A stretch of DNA of 40,182 nt from Chitinophagaceae bacterium (GTDB taxonomy: Bacteria > Bacteroidota > Bacteroidia > Chitinophagales > Chitinophagaceae): positions 1 through 40,182 of the forward strand of contig JANLVQ010000193.1 of NCBI GenBank assembly GCA_031364085.1, in the 5' to 3' direction. Shown here piece by piece: positions 26,669 through 36,082 of the stretch (position 1 is the first letter of the stretch; every line of letters starts with the position of its first letter). Position numbers and translations under genes: made by a program. A model generated the notes under the pieces. That model searched no databases, was not told where the DNA came from, and saw nothing but the letters and a program-made list of their open reading frames with translations.

Positions 26669-26749
26669 TTACTTCGAATTTATTGTGCATAGCAAAGAAA
26701 GTATTTTAATATTTAATTGAAATTCCGTTTCGAAAAGAGTAAATATCAA

Positions 26750-26778
26750 TTGTTCAATTTTGATTTATTTTAGTTTTG
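26750..26778 (+). promoter_or_regulatory. Bacteroidota sigma-A type promoter TTG-N18-TAGTTTTG
   Basis: TTG at 26750-26752, an 18-nt spacer, then an exact TAnnTTTG at 26771-26778, 17 nt before the ATG at 26796. It lies inside the ORF-track extension starting at 26760, which argues for the shorter gene. Confidence 0.55.
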
Positions 26779-26795
26779 CGTTTAAATTAAAAAAC

Positions 26796-27338
26796 ATGTT
26801 ACAAGCAATTTGGAAAAAGAATGATACAAAAGCAAAATGGTTAATTGGCATTTTTTCGTTTGTTGTTTTTGCTGTAGTAGTACTTTTAGGTAAACTAAAA
26901 TTAGAAGTTGATTTGGGTTTTGATGTACATGTATTTGCAACTTTCAATGCTTTTATTAATGCTGCTGTAGCCATTTTATTAGTAGCGGCTTTAATGGCTG
27001 TAAAAAGAAAAAAATATCTACTACATAAAAAAATGATGATAGCAGCTTTAATATTATCTATCATTTTTTTAGTAAGTTATATTGCTCATCATTTATTTGC
27101 AGGAGATACAAAATTTGGTGGAGTTGGGATGATAAGAACTTTTTATTTTACAATATTAATTACACATATTTTTTTAGCTTCTGTAATATTACCTTTTATA
27201 CTTTTTACAACTTACAGAGCTTTAATAGGAGAATTTGAAGCTCATAAAAAAATGGCTAAAATTACTTGGCCATTGTGGTTTTATGTTGCTGCAACAGGAC
27301 CAATAATTTATTTATTGATTAGCCCTTATTACACTTAA
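26796..27338 (+). CDS. DUF420 domain-containing membrane protein
   Basis: 180 aa from MLQAIWKK. Four TM helices with the conserved His pattern (YIAHHLF ... ILITHIFLA) typical of DUF420. Confidence 0.7.
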   Translation: MLQAIWKKNDTKAKWLIGIFSFVVFAVVVLLGKLKLEVDLGFDVHVFATFNAFINAAVAILLVAALMAVKRKKYLLHKKMMIAALILSIIFLVSYIAHHLFAGDTKFGGVGMIRTFYFTILITHIFLASVILPFILFTTYRALIGEFEAHKKMAKITWPLWFYVAATGPIIYLLISPYYT

Positions 27339-27341
27339 ATT

Positions 27342-28238
27342 TTATTCGTTAACTGCAGGTTTTAATTCATCAAGTAAATCTGTTTCATTTAACTTCATTC
27401 TTTTGGTAATATCTTTTACATTACTCAATCGTTGAACTGTGTAGGGTATTGTATCCAATCCTGTAGTAAATTTTAATATGTAAGAATAAATGCCCACTAA
27501 ACTACCAGCTGCAATTTCTTCGGTATGTGTAATCCAACTGGTAACATATAATGAAAATCCAATTACTATGATGACTAATATCTCCATCAATCCAAAATTT
27601 AAAGCTTCTTGATCACTAATTTTTATTTTCCAAAATCGAAGTTTTTGATAGTGCCTTCTTATGGCTAAAGGATTACCAGTACTAATAACTTCAACTTGAT
27701 TTTCTAATTCATCATTATTTTTTTTATTTAAATCCTCCATCTTTCTACCATAAAAATAACTTAACACACTAACTGGAATTAAAATGGCCAAACAAATTCC
27801 AACAACTTTTAAATCGTAAAAGCAAAGTAAAATTAAAGCTCCAATAATATTGTATGCAGCTTCTACAACGTACACTAAATCATATTCTAAAAAATCAACA
27901 AATTCTTTTGCCAAATTGCTGTGTGCACTAAGTTTAGAAACATCTTTTACATTATATTTTTTGCTCAACAAATTTGTTGCTAAGGTTGTATAAATTGCTG
28001 TGTACGTTCTCGTATCAAATCTATGACGAGCATATCCAACAATAACATAGGCAAAATGAACAGCAATCAATTCATACAAACCTCTATTATTACCATAAAT
28101 TAAACCATCGATAGCTTTACCTAAAAAAAATGGTCGTAGTAATGAACCTAACATTTCTAAAGAAAACAATGAATAGGTTAACCACAATTGCCATTTGTGC
28201 TTTGAAAAAATTGATTTAAAAATTGATAATTGAGACAT
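27342..28238 (-). CDS. ABC transporter six-transmembrane-domain protein (type I exporter TMD only, no ATPase domain)
   Basis: 298 aa. ABC exporter TMD-like helix pattern. The protein ends after TM6 plus a short tail. No Walker motifs are present and no NBD gene is adjacent. Confidence 0.65.
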   Translation of the reverse strand: MSQLSIFKSIFSKHKWQLWLTYSLFSLEMLGSLLRPFFLGKAIDGLIYGNNRGLYELIAVHFAYVIVGYARHRFDTRTYTAIYTTLATNLLSKKYNVKDVSKLSAHSNLAKEFVDFLEYDLVYVVEAAYNIIGALILLCFYDLKVVGICLAILIPVSVLSYFYGRKMEDLNKKNNDELENQVEVISTGNPLAIRRHYQKLRFWKIKISDQEALNFGLMEILVIIVIGFSLYVTSWITHTEEIAAGSLVGIYSYILKFTTGLDTIPYTVQRLSNVKDITKRMKLNETDLLDELKPAVNE

Positions 28239-28432
28239 GAGTTCTTGATTACTTATTATAATAATACCATCTTCAATGTTGAATTGCTGATTAAAGACAG
28301 TATAAAATTGTGGAAGTTTAAAGGGTAGTAAGAAGCAAAATTAATTCATTAATGTTCATAAAAACTGCCTGAGCAGTCTTTTAGTAAAATTTTAAAATAA
28401 AAAAATCTGCATCTTCGCAAAAACAAGGTTTT

Positions 28433-29212
28433 ATGAATTATACTACACTATTAACCAGTTTAGAAGAAAATATTTTAATTGTAACTATTAATAGACCCGA
28501 TAAATTAAATGCTTTAAATAAGGATGTATTTACAGATTTAAATAATTTGGTAGATGAAATTGAAAGCAATGCAACTATTAAATCTGTAATACTTACAGGC
28601 TCTGGCAATAAAGCATTTGTTGCTGGTGCAGATATTAGCGAGTTCAATAGTTTAAATATTGATGAAGCTAAGGCTTTAGCTAAAAGAGGGCAAGATGTTT
28701 TTTTTAAGATAGAAAATTGTAGCAAACCTATTGTTGCTTGTGTTAATGGTTTTGCACTTGGTGGAGGTTGTGAGTTAGCTATGAGTTGTCATTTTAGAAT
28801 TGCAAGTGATAATGCAAAATTTGGTCAGCCAGAAGTTAACCTTGGTTTAATACCTGGCTATGGTGGTACACAAAGATTAGTGCAATTAATAGGAAAAGGA
28901 AGGGCAATTGAACTATTAATTAGTGCTGCAATGATAGATGCGAATACTGCTCTACAATATGGCTTAGTAAATTATGTTACTACACAAGAAGAATTATTAA
29001 ATAAAGCAAAAGCAATTTTAACTGTGGTAAATACTAAAGCTCCTATTGCAGTTGCCAATTGTATAAAAATAGCCAATACCGTTTTTGATGAAACTAAAAA
29101 TGGATTTGAAGAAGAAATAAATGCATTTGGAACATGTTTTACAACACAAGATATGAAAGAGGGAACTACTGCTTTTTTAGAAAAAAGAAAAGCTGTTTTT
29201 ACTGGTAAATAA
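28433..29212 (+). CDS. enoyl-CoA hydratase/isomerase family protein (crotonase)
   Basis: 259 aa. ITINRPDKLNALN, FVAGADISEF, VNGFALGGGCELAMSCHFRIAS, PEVNLGLIPGYGGTQRL. Confidence 0.9.
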   Translation: MNYTTLLTSLEENILIVTINRPDKLNALNKDVFTDLNNLVDEIESNATIKSVILTGSGNKAFVAGADISEFNSLNIDEAKALAKRGQDVFFKIENCSKPIVACVNGFALGGGCELAMSCHFRIASDNAKFGQPEVNLGLIPGYGGTQRLVQLIGKGRAIELLISAAMIDANTALQYGLVNYVTTQEELLNKAKAILTVVNTKAPIAVANCIKIANTVFDETKNGFEEEINAFGTCFTTQDMKEGTTAFLEKRKAVFTGK

Positions 29213-29213
29213 T

Positions 29214-30440
29214 CTAATTAAAACGAATAGCCTTTACCGGTTCTAATCGTTTTATTAATATGGTTGGAAGAATTAATGCAATAAAACAAAGTATAAATGT
29301 AACAAAGCATATTAATGCAATATGCCACCAAATAATTTCAACAGGAACATAAGCTACATAATAATTTACTTCGTCGAGTTTAAACCAATGTGTGTATTGC
29401 TGTACTAAACACAAACCAACACCAACAATGGTTCCAATACCAACACCCATTAAGGAAATGATAGAAGCGTAGTATAAAAATATTTTTTGAATACTGCTAT
29501 TACTAGCACCTAAAGATTTTAAAATTCCCACCATTCTTACTCTTTCTAAAACCAATATTAATAAACAAGTAATTAAGTTTATAATGGCAACAATAGCCAT
29601 GATGATAAATACAATATCTCGATTAGTGCCTTGAACATTTAACCAATCGAAAATGGATGGATAAACTTCTTTAATACTTTTGGCATTCCAAATAATAGGC
29701 AAACGAATATTATCTGCAATAGGTTGCATTTGTTTATAATCATTTACAAAAACTTCATAACCTCCAATTTGGTTTTCAGACCAATTATTAATTCCTCGTA
29801 TTAAACGGATGTCTGTGATTGCAAATAGTTTGTCGTTTTCTTCAATTCCAGTTTTATAAATTCCTACTACTTTTAGTTTTCTATAAGTGGTTAATCCATC
29901 AGTTGAATTAATGAATACAGCTTTAATAACATCATCAAGTTTTGCATGTATTTCATTTGCAATTGCAGTTGATAATAACACTTCTTTACTATAAAAACTA
30001 TCATTAAAATTTAACCATCTTCCCTGAGTTAAAAATGGTTTCATTTGAACACTATCGTATTGTTGTTCTATTCCTTTTATTAAAACACCTTCTAAATTTT
30101 TATTAAATTCAAGTACTGCACTTTTTGTTGCAAATGCATTGATGTGAGTGATCTTAGAATTTGATTTTAAAATATGTTCAACAGTATCACTTTTAAAAAT
30201 TGCAGTTTCTTCGGCAACTGCAGATTTCCCTAACTCAAAATGTTGAACACGAATATGACCCCAAAAACTAAATATTTTTTGTGCAATAGTATTATGAAAA
30301 CCTGATGCAAATGCAGTAGCAATAATCATTACAGCAACACTCAATGCTGTTGCAGCTATAGATAAACGAATAATAAAACGAGAAAATGATTTCTGTTTAT
30401 TAAAAGTGATTCGTTTAGATATAAAAAAAGAAAAGTTCAA
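29214..30440 (-). CDS. FtsX-like ABC transporter permease (LolC/LolE family)
   Basis: 408 aa. N-terminal TM helix, periplasmic domain, then LERVRMVGILKSLGASNSSIQKIF and three TM helices. TTG start at 30440. Confidence 0.85.
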   Translation of the reverse strand: MNFSFFISKRITFNKQKSFSRFIIRLSIAATALSVAVMIIATAFASGFHNTIAQKIFSFWGHIRVQHFELGKSAVAEETAIFKSDTVEHILKSNSKITHINAFATKSAVLEFNKNLEGVLIKGIEQQYDSVQMKPFLTQGRWLNFNDSFYSKEVLLSTAIANEIHAKLDDVIKAVFINSTDGLTTYRKLKVVGIYKTGIEENDKLFAITDIRLIRGINNWSENQIGGYEVFVNDYKQMQPIADNIRLPIIWNAKSIKEVYPSIFDWLNVQGTNRDIVFIIMAIVAIINLITCLLILVLERVRMVGILKSLGASNSSIQKIFLYYASIISLMGVGIGTIVGVGLCLVQQYTHWFKLDEVNYYVAYVPVEIIWWHIALICFVTFILCFIALILPTILIKRLEPVKAIRFN

Positions 30441-30473
30441 AAAATGTATCAGCTTTTATGATGAATAAATATA

Positions 30474-30872
30474 TTAATCTATTTCTACAACATTTGTTTT
30501 ACTGAGATAATCGTGTAAAGTTTTATCTAAAAAGGGAATAAAAAACATATCAATAATAGTTAGCCTAATTACACTACGAATTAATACTTGTATCATGTTA
30601 GGTCTTTTTCCTTGGGCATTAACTACTTTACTATAACTTAAAAATTTACCAAAAGTTCTAGCAAATAATAATTCCATTAAAGTATAGTAAACAAATAATA
30701 CAGCGAAAAAAATAGTGCCGAAATTGTAATAAAATTGATAAGTGTATCCAGCTATTTTATATTGCTCGGCATACCAATGATTGATTTTTGAAATAAGATA
30801 GCTAATAAAAAAAATAACGATGGTGTCTATTAAAAAATTTAACACTCTAGTTCCTATACCTACAGTTTTCAT
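30474..30872 (-). CDS. RDD family membrane protein
   Basis: 132 aa. GTRVLNFLIDTIV... N-terminal RDD-type motif and three TM helices. It lies 9 nt downstream of the C25 gene. Confidence 0.7.
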   Translation of the reverse strand: MKTVGIGTRVLNFLIDTIVIFFISYLISKINHWYAEQYKIAGYTYQFYYNFGTIFFAVLFVYYTLMELLFARTFGKFLSYSKVVNAQGKRPNMIQVLIRSVIRLTIIDMFFIPFLDKTLHDYLSKTNVVEID

Positions 30873-30881
30873 GTTGCAAAT

Positions 30882-33800
30882 TTATCGCATCAAATACATT
30901 TTGCCATAACCTGCTTTAAAGTATTTATCAGTATCTACCTGATACCCTTGATTATCGGCGGTATTCCATTTTTCTAAGCTTTTTCCATCAAGATTAGTTA
31001 TTACCCGATACAAATACACGCCATTACCTAAAGCTTGTCCATACATATCTGTTCCATCCCATTTATATTCTGTAATATTTCTTCCAATATGAATTGGACC
31101 CAATTCTGCTTGATTAATTTCTTTAACCACTTTACCGGTTACAGTTAAAATTTGAATTCTAATATTCTGTGGTATTCGAGAGCCAGTTAATGTAAATACA
31201 AATGCTGTTGATGTAGTAAATGGATTTGGATAATTAAATAAATTACTAATCATCGGTTTATTGTACACGCTGAATAACACTCTGTATTGATTTGGACCAG
31301 CACTATTATTACTTTTATCTTTTGCTTTAACCAATAGTTCATAAGAGCCATCTTCTAACAATGTTGGATTAAAATCTACCACTGCAGAATTATCACCTGC
31401 ATTAACATTAGCGGGTATGAATTGTAACGTGTCGGTACCGTATTTAAACTGCCTTATTTTTCCATTAGGAAATTTCAGTTGAACAGTTATTAATGAGGTA
31501 TCGTTAAGTGCAAGAAATTTTGATTCATCTTTCAAAGCCACTCTAATTCTGGGTTTGCTGCTTACAATATCTCCATTTAGAATATGAACTCCATCAAAAG
31601 TTACATCTAATAATGGATTTTTATCATCACCAAAAACATAAAAATTCTTGTAGGCAAAATTGTTATATAAGTATTGCTCCTGTGGGGTATTGGTTGGATT
31701 AACATTAATATAAAAACTATTCTTACCAACTAAATTATCTGTAGCTATTGTTGTTGAAATAGTTGCTGTATCGCCCGATAATAATTTTTTAATTTTAGGT
31801 AAGATGATGTTCTGTGTTGTATTACTATTATCAGTTATTTGTAATTTAACACTTAAACTATCGGGGTAAGCCATATCGCTAATATTTTTAAAACTAATTG
31901 CAATATTTTGTGGTTCGCCTTTTTCTAAGCTATCCTTAAATGTAAATTTAATATTTGGTGCTAAAGCTCCTTCAGGTAATCCATCAGCGATTAATCTCCA
32001 ATAACGTAATTGATATGCTGAAAGATTAACTGTGTCTTTTACTTGAATAAATAGTTTTAAATACGGATAAGTTATTGCACTAATACCACTGATATCATTA
32101 TTGGTTTGCAACTCAGTATAAGTTTGTAAAGTATCAGTTGTATTATCGCTCTTTACTCCTATCAATTTCAAACTTAAAATATCTTGCAAATCATTTCTAT
32201 TTCCAGCCCAATTAAAGTTGTACCATTTTTGTGCTGGTCCTAATTTTTGTGAAACCATAAAACCATTATTCAGCTTGGTTTTTATATTAAGGCGTAAGGT
32301 TAAAAAATCGTATTGACTTTGAGTAAATTGCCAAACTGGAGTAAACCCCCCATTATTTTTTTGATATACAAATGCAAAACATCGCATTCGATTAAAAGAA
32401 TCAACATCATTAAATCCAGCAGTTTTTAAACGATGGTATAAACTATTGCCTAAACCATACACATTTTCATCTTGCTTCCAAGTATTGGCATATGTTGGTG
32501 CTGGCCAATATGGATCATCGATGATTACTGAACGAACAACAACATAAGCTCCATTGGGAATATTGTTATCCATGAAATCCATGGCACTTTTTCTTCCATT
32601 AATATCGGTTGTATTAAAAGCAAAATCATATTCTTTGCCTGGAGTGCATCCTGATGTGTATTCTAAGCTTCCATATTTACCTGGTTGACCAGAACTATTA
32701 TTATACAACCCTTCTAATGTTGAAGAATTATATACTGTAAAGGTTACATTTGAACCACGCCAGCAAATGCCTTGTGTTTTAGGATTTAATGCGTCATTTA
32801 TTGAAATAGAATAAGCCCCATCTGCACTTCCTCCATAAGGAAAAACTGCATTTCGAATGGTTAAAGTTTGAGTTATGATTGGGAAATCAATTTTTCTTGA
32901 AACACTATCTGGTAATAAATTATTAAAATTATTATCTAAGTGTTGAAAGAAATGTGATTGATTAAAACCGCCTTTTGTTGCATTTTGTAAATACAAAAAA
33001 CTACTGGTATTCCATCTATAGCCTCCTGTTGCTGGCACAGGTGCAACTCTCCAATAATATACTGCACTATCTATAAAAGTAAAACCAGGATCAAATTCTA
33101 ATAAGCCTCCAACAGAAGAAATAGTTTTTATTTTTTTGAAAGATGAATTGAATAAAGCAGTAGTATCAATCTCCATACTGTATTGCTTTAAACTGCTAAA
33201 AGCATTTGCTGTTGATGCAGCCAATTTAATTTGTGCTTTATTAATAATGGCATATTGAAAAGGATAAACTGGTTTTAACTCATCTTCAAAAATTACAAAG
33301 TTTTTGGTAATAGTATTGTTGGTTTCACTTAATTCATCGTATAAATTATCATTATCTACAGTAATGGTAATGCTGTTATTTCCTTTATCTCGTAATGCAT
33401 CGATTGAAATAACTAAAACTACAGAATCTTTATAACGAACAGATACAATTTTTTTGTTGAAGATATCTTCTATAGTTCCATTAGGGTACTGTCTTCGTGC
33501 TAATACTCGTACAGAATCTCCTACTGATTTTCCAATATTATGTATATATGCTTTATAAGTAAAATTATTATCTGCAACAGAAATAAAATTTGGATTTATA
33601 GACACTTGTTCATCTTCTATAACAAAGTCTGGTTTTGTTTGACCATAAATTTTTATAGCAGGATCTCCATGTAAAAGAAATTGTTCGCCATGTGTTTTTC
33701 CAAAAAAGTCATTAAAGGTTGCCGATGTTTTTAATTGTGCTAATGCACCCATCATATTATCGCCAACGGTTTTATTATAAGTTGCATTTGAAAGTGATTT

Positions 33801-35969
33801 ATAAAAACCAGTTGAATAAAAGTCGAGATAAGTGGTTAATCCAAAATGCGACATGGAAACAAAACCTATACTACCAATATTTTTAGCCAATACCCATTTT
33901 TCAGAAATATTTGTGATAGATGTTTGTCTTATGTTATCAAAATCAAAAATATTATTTGCTGTACAACCATTTACTAAAAACAATGGAAACTTTCCTGTAT
34001 TCTTATAATCATCGGGTTCATTTAAGTTATACGCTAATCCCGATGCTGCTGAGTGACCAAAATAAGTTACAACACCAACGCCTTTAGCAAATAAATTAAT
34101 CATGTCTGTTTGAGTAACAGGGCTGGTTTCACTTCCAGTTGTTTTATTAAAATTTGCAACCTTGCCTCCAAACAATGTGTCTTTAATGATGTTTTCATAA
34201 TTACGCAAATAATAAGTAAACAAATTATTTTCACCATCATTTTTACCTCCAGCTACATGAATTAAATTTTTCATCCAAGCTTTATTGGCTATGGTTTGGT
34301 TTGTGCTAGCTCCTTGCAATTCATATAGTTTTACTTTATCAAAATAATCTAAAACTTCTTGTGGGGTTATTGCAGATAATCGTCCAAATGAAAACAATGG
34401 GGCTGGTTCACTATTATCTGGAGAAACTAACATTGGATCTGAAGCAGGCCAACCAAAAGTTGGAACTAAATTTTGCGATTCAATTAATGGGTTACTTTCA
34501 TTAAATCTATACTGATCGTATGTAACTCCTTTTCCAATAAAAAATACATGTTTGGGTTTTACTGAAAAAATATTGTTAGCATATTTTAAAAAATTTCGAA
34601 TGCTTAATGGATGTTTCTTAATTCCAAATGCAAATTGATCAATCAATTCATCAACATCAATAAGTTTTGCATTATAACCACCACCAATTGGAGTAGTTCT
34701 ATATTGTCTATATTGTTCAACAGCATTTACACCAGTTGTTAATTTTTTATTTGAGATAATAATATAATCTCCTTGATTGGCAGTTAATGCAAAATTGATA
34801 AAGGTTTTTGAAGAAATATTGCTTACCACATTAATATTAGTTGTGCTTCTACTTACTAATACAAAATCTCTATTTATTGTAGATGATGGTAAAGCAAAAC
34901 GCAATATTACACTTATACCAGTATCAGCATTATAATATTTTAAGTTGGTAATATCATATAAAACTGGTGTGGTATTGCCTTTATTAAAATTAGAAATTTG
35001 TAAAAAATTTCCTGTTGCCGAAGCTGGTAATTGAAATTGAAAATTTGAAGCTCCATCAAAATTAAATTGACGAGGATATTGCAATTCTATAAAACTTCCA
35101 ATCACCCTATCAAAAACATCTGCAGTAACAATTTCAATACCTGCTGTATCGGCAGTTCCATTAAAAATATTTAAGGGAATATTATTATTAGTTTGTATTG
35201 CCGATGTATACCCACTATACAAATTATCGAATGCTGTTGTAGCATTTAACTTTACGCGTATATTTCTTGTTTTGGATGAATTGCCTGCTAAGCCTGCACT
35301 AAGTGTTGCTGCAGGACCAGTATTAAACAAATACAAATTTTTTAAAGCAAGTTTATAAGTACCTGTAGCAAGATTAATATCGGCAGTTGATAAAAATTCA
35401 CACACATCATAAGTAGATGAATACACATCTTCACCAACATTTAAAGCATAACCCCTATTGGCTCTTGCTTTAAAATTAAAACGAAGTTTATGCATAAAAT
35501 AATTTTCTGCAGGTAACGAATTTCCTGCTACATTATTAATTGCATTAGTGTATCGTAAATTATTTGCAATATTAGAATTGATAGTTAAAAAATAAACTGC
35601 AGTATCTGTTTGTAAGCTTAACTTATCTGAGAGCTGATGGGCTTGATTTTTATATAAAAACTTATCGAGTTTTCCATCATTCATCTCTCCCCAAAATTCA
35701 ATAAAATCTTGAGCTCCCATAATTCCAGAACCAATGCTTGTATTCAGGGGCACTTGAATACCATTACGCCACAATTGAAATTGTTCAACAGGAATATTGC
35801 CAATGCCAATACTTGATAAAGTTGTTTGATTTATTCTATACAAACCCGTACTACCAACTTTAAACTTATAATAAGTTTTAGAAAAATCAATCCATTCGTT
35901 ATTAATGGGCTGAGCAATAATTTTATTGCAAAGAAGTATCAACACTACAATTCTCAAAACTGTCTTCAT
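30882..35969 (-). CDS. giant C25 (gingipain-like) cysteine-peptidase family protein, PorU-like, with a T9SS/FlgD-Ig-like C-terminal domain
   Basis: 1695 aa. Signal peptide MKTVLRIVVLILLCNKIIA|Q. PorU/C25-type N-terminus (WIDFSKTYYKFKVGSTGLYRI). C25 core (GDYIIISN...IDVDELIDQFAFG...FFIGKG) with candidate catalytic His in VTYFGHSAA and Cys in FLVNGCTANN. C-terminal NYPNPFT...ILTVTGKVV...WDGTD..G....GVYLYRV. Confidence 0.8.
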   Translation of the reverse strand: MKTVLRIVVLILLCNKIIAQPINNEWIDFSKTYYKFKVGSTGLYRINQTTLSSIGIGNIPVEQFQLWRNGIQVPLNTSIGSGIMGAQDFIEFWGEMNDGKLDKFLYKNQAHQLSDKLSLQTDTAVYFLTINSNIANNLRYTNAINNVAGNSLPAENYFMHKLRFNFKARANRGYALNVGEDVYSSTYDVCEFLSTADINLATGTYKLALKNLYLFNTGPAATLSAGLAGNSSKTRNIRVKLNATTAFDNLYSGYTSAIQTNNNIPLNIFNGTADTAGIEIVTADVFDRVIGSFIELQYPRQFNFDGASNFQFQLPASATGNFLQISNFNKGNTTPVLYDITNLKYYNADTGISVILRFALPSSTINRDFVLVSRSTTNINVVSNISSKTFINFALTANQGDYIIISNKKLTTGVNAVEQYRQYRTTPIGGGYNAKLIDVDELIDQFAFGIKKHPLSIRNFLKYANNIFSVKPKHVFFIGKGVTYDQYRFNESNPLIESQNLVPTFGWPASDPMLVSPDNSEPAPLFSFGRLSAITPQEVLDYFDKVKLYELQGASTNQTIANKAWMKNLIHVAGGKNDGENNLFTYYLRNYENIIKDTLFGGKVANFNKTTGSETSPVTQTDMINLFAKGVGVVTYFGHSAASGLAYNLNEPDDYKNTGKFPLFLVNGCTANNIFDFDNIRQTSITNISEKWVLAKNIGSIGFVSMSHFGLTTYLDFYSTGFYKSLSNATYNKTVGDNMMGALAQLKTSATFNDFFGKTHGEQFLLHGDPAIKIYGQTKPDFVIEDEQVSINPNFISVADNNFTYKAYIHNIGKSVGDSVRVLARRQYPNGTIEDIFNKKIVSVRYKDSVVLVISIDALRDKGNNSITITVDNDNLYDELSETNNTITKNFVIFEDELKPVYPFQYAIINKAQIKLAASTANAFSSLKQYSMEIDTTALFNSSFKKIKTISSVGGLLEFDPGFTFIDSAVYYWRVAPVPATGGYRWNTSSFLYLQNATKGGFNQSHFFQHLDNNFNNLLPDSVSRKIDFPIITQTLTIRNAVFPYGGSADGAYSISINDALNPKTQGICWRGSNVTFTVYNSSTLEGLYNNSSGQPGKYGSLEYTSGCTPGKEYDFAFNTTDINGRKSAMDFMDNNIPNGAYVVVRSVIIDDPYWPAPTYANTWKQDENVYGLGNSLYHRLKTAGFNDVDSFNRMRCFAFVYQKNNGGFTPVWQFTQSQYDFLTLRLNIKTKLNNGFMVSQKLGPAQKWYNFNWAGNRNDLQDILSLKLIGVKSDNTTDTLQTYTELQTNNDISGISAITYPYLKLFIQVKDTVNLSAYQLRYWRLIADGLPEGALAPNIKFTFKDSLEKGEPQNIAISFKNISDMAYPDSLSVKLQITDNSNTTQNIILPKIKKLLSGDTATISTTIATDNLVGKNSFYINVNPTNTPQEQYLYNNFAYKNFYVFGDDKNPLLDVTFDGVHILNGDIVSSKPRIRVALKDESKFLALNDTSLITVQLKFPNGKIRQFKYGTDTLQFIPANVNAGDNSAVVDFNPTLLEDGSYELLVKAKDKSNNSAGPNQYRVLFSVYNKPMISNLFNYPNPFTTSTAFVFTLTGSRIPQNIRIQILTVTGKVVKEINQAELGPIHIGRNITEYKWDGTDMYGQALGNGVYLYRVITNLDGKSLEKWNTADNQGYQVDTDKYFKAGYGKMYLMR

Positions 35970-36082
35970 CTACTTAAAAATAATTTTAGTAAAAATAACT
36001 TTATTTCTCTTTAGTGTTAGTAGGTTGATTAGGGAAATTGGATATTAACAATATATTAAAATCTCAAATACCGTTTGTAAAT

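Noticed and set aside
26760-26795. Upstream TTG start for the DUF420 ORF (and likewise GTG 22403 for lpxD)
   Set aside because: In both cases an exact TAnnTTTG -7 box lies inside or overlapping the extension, with an ATG 17 nt downstream. The shorter genes are more consistent with the promoters.
30882-35969. Calling the 1695-aa protein the T9SS sortase PorU outright
   Set aside because: The C25-like core and N-terminus fit, but the length is far above the PorU proteins I know of, and no PorV-like gene is adjacent. I cannot run the discriminating HMMs, so I keep it at C25 family, PorU-like.
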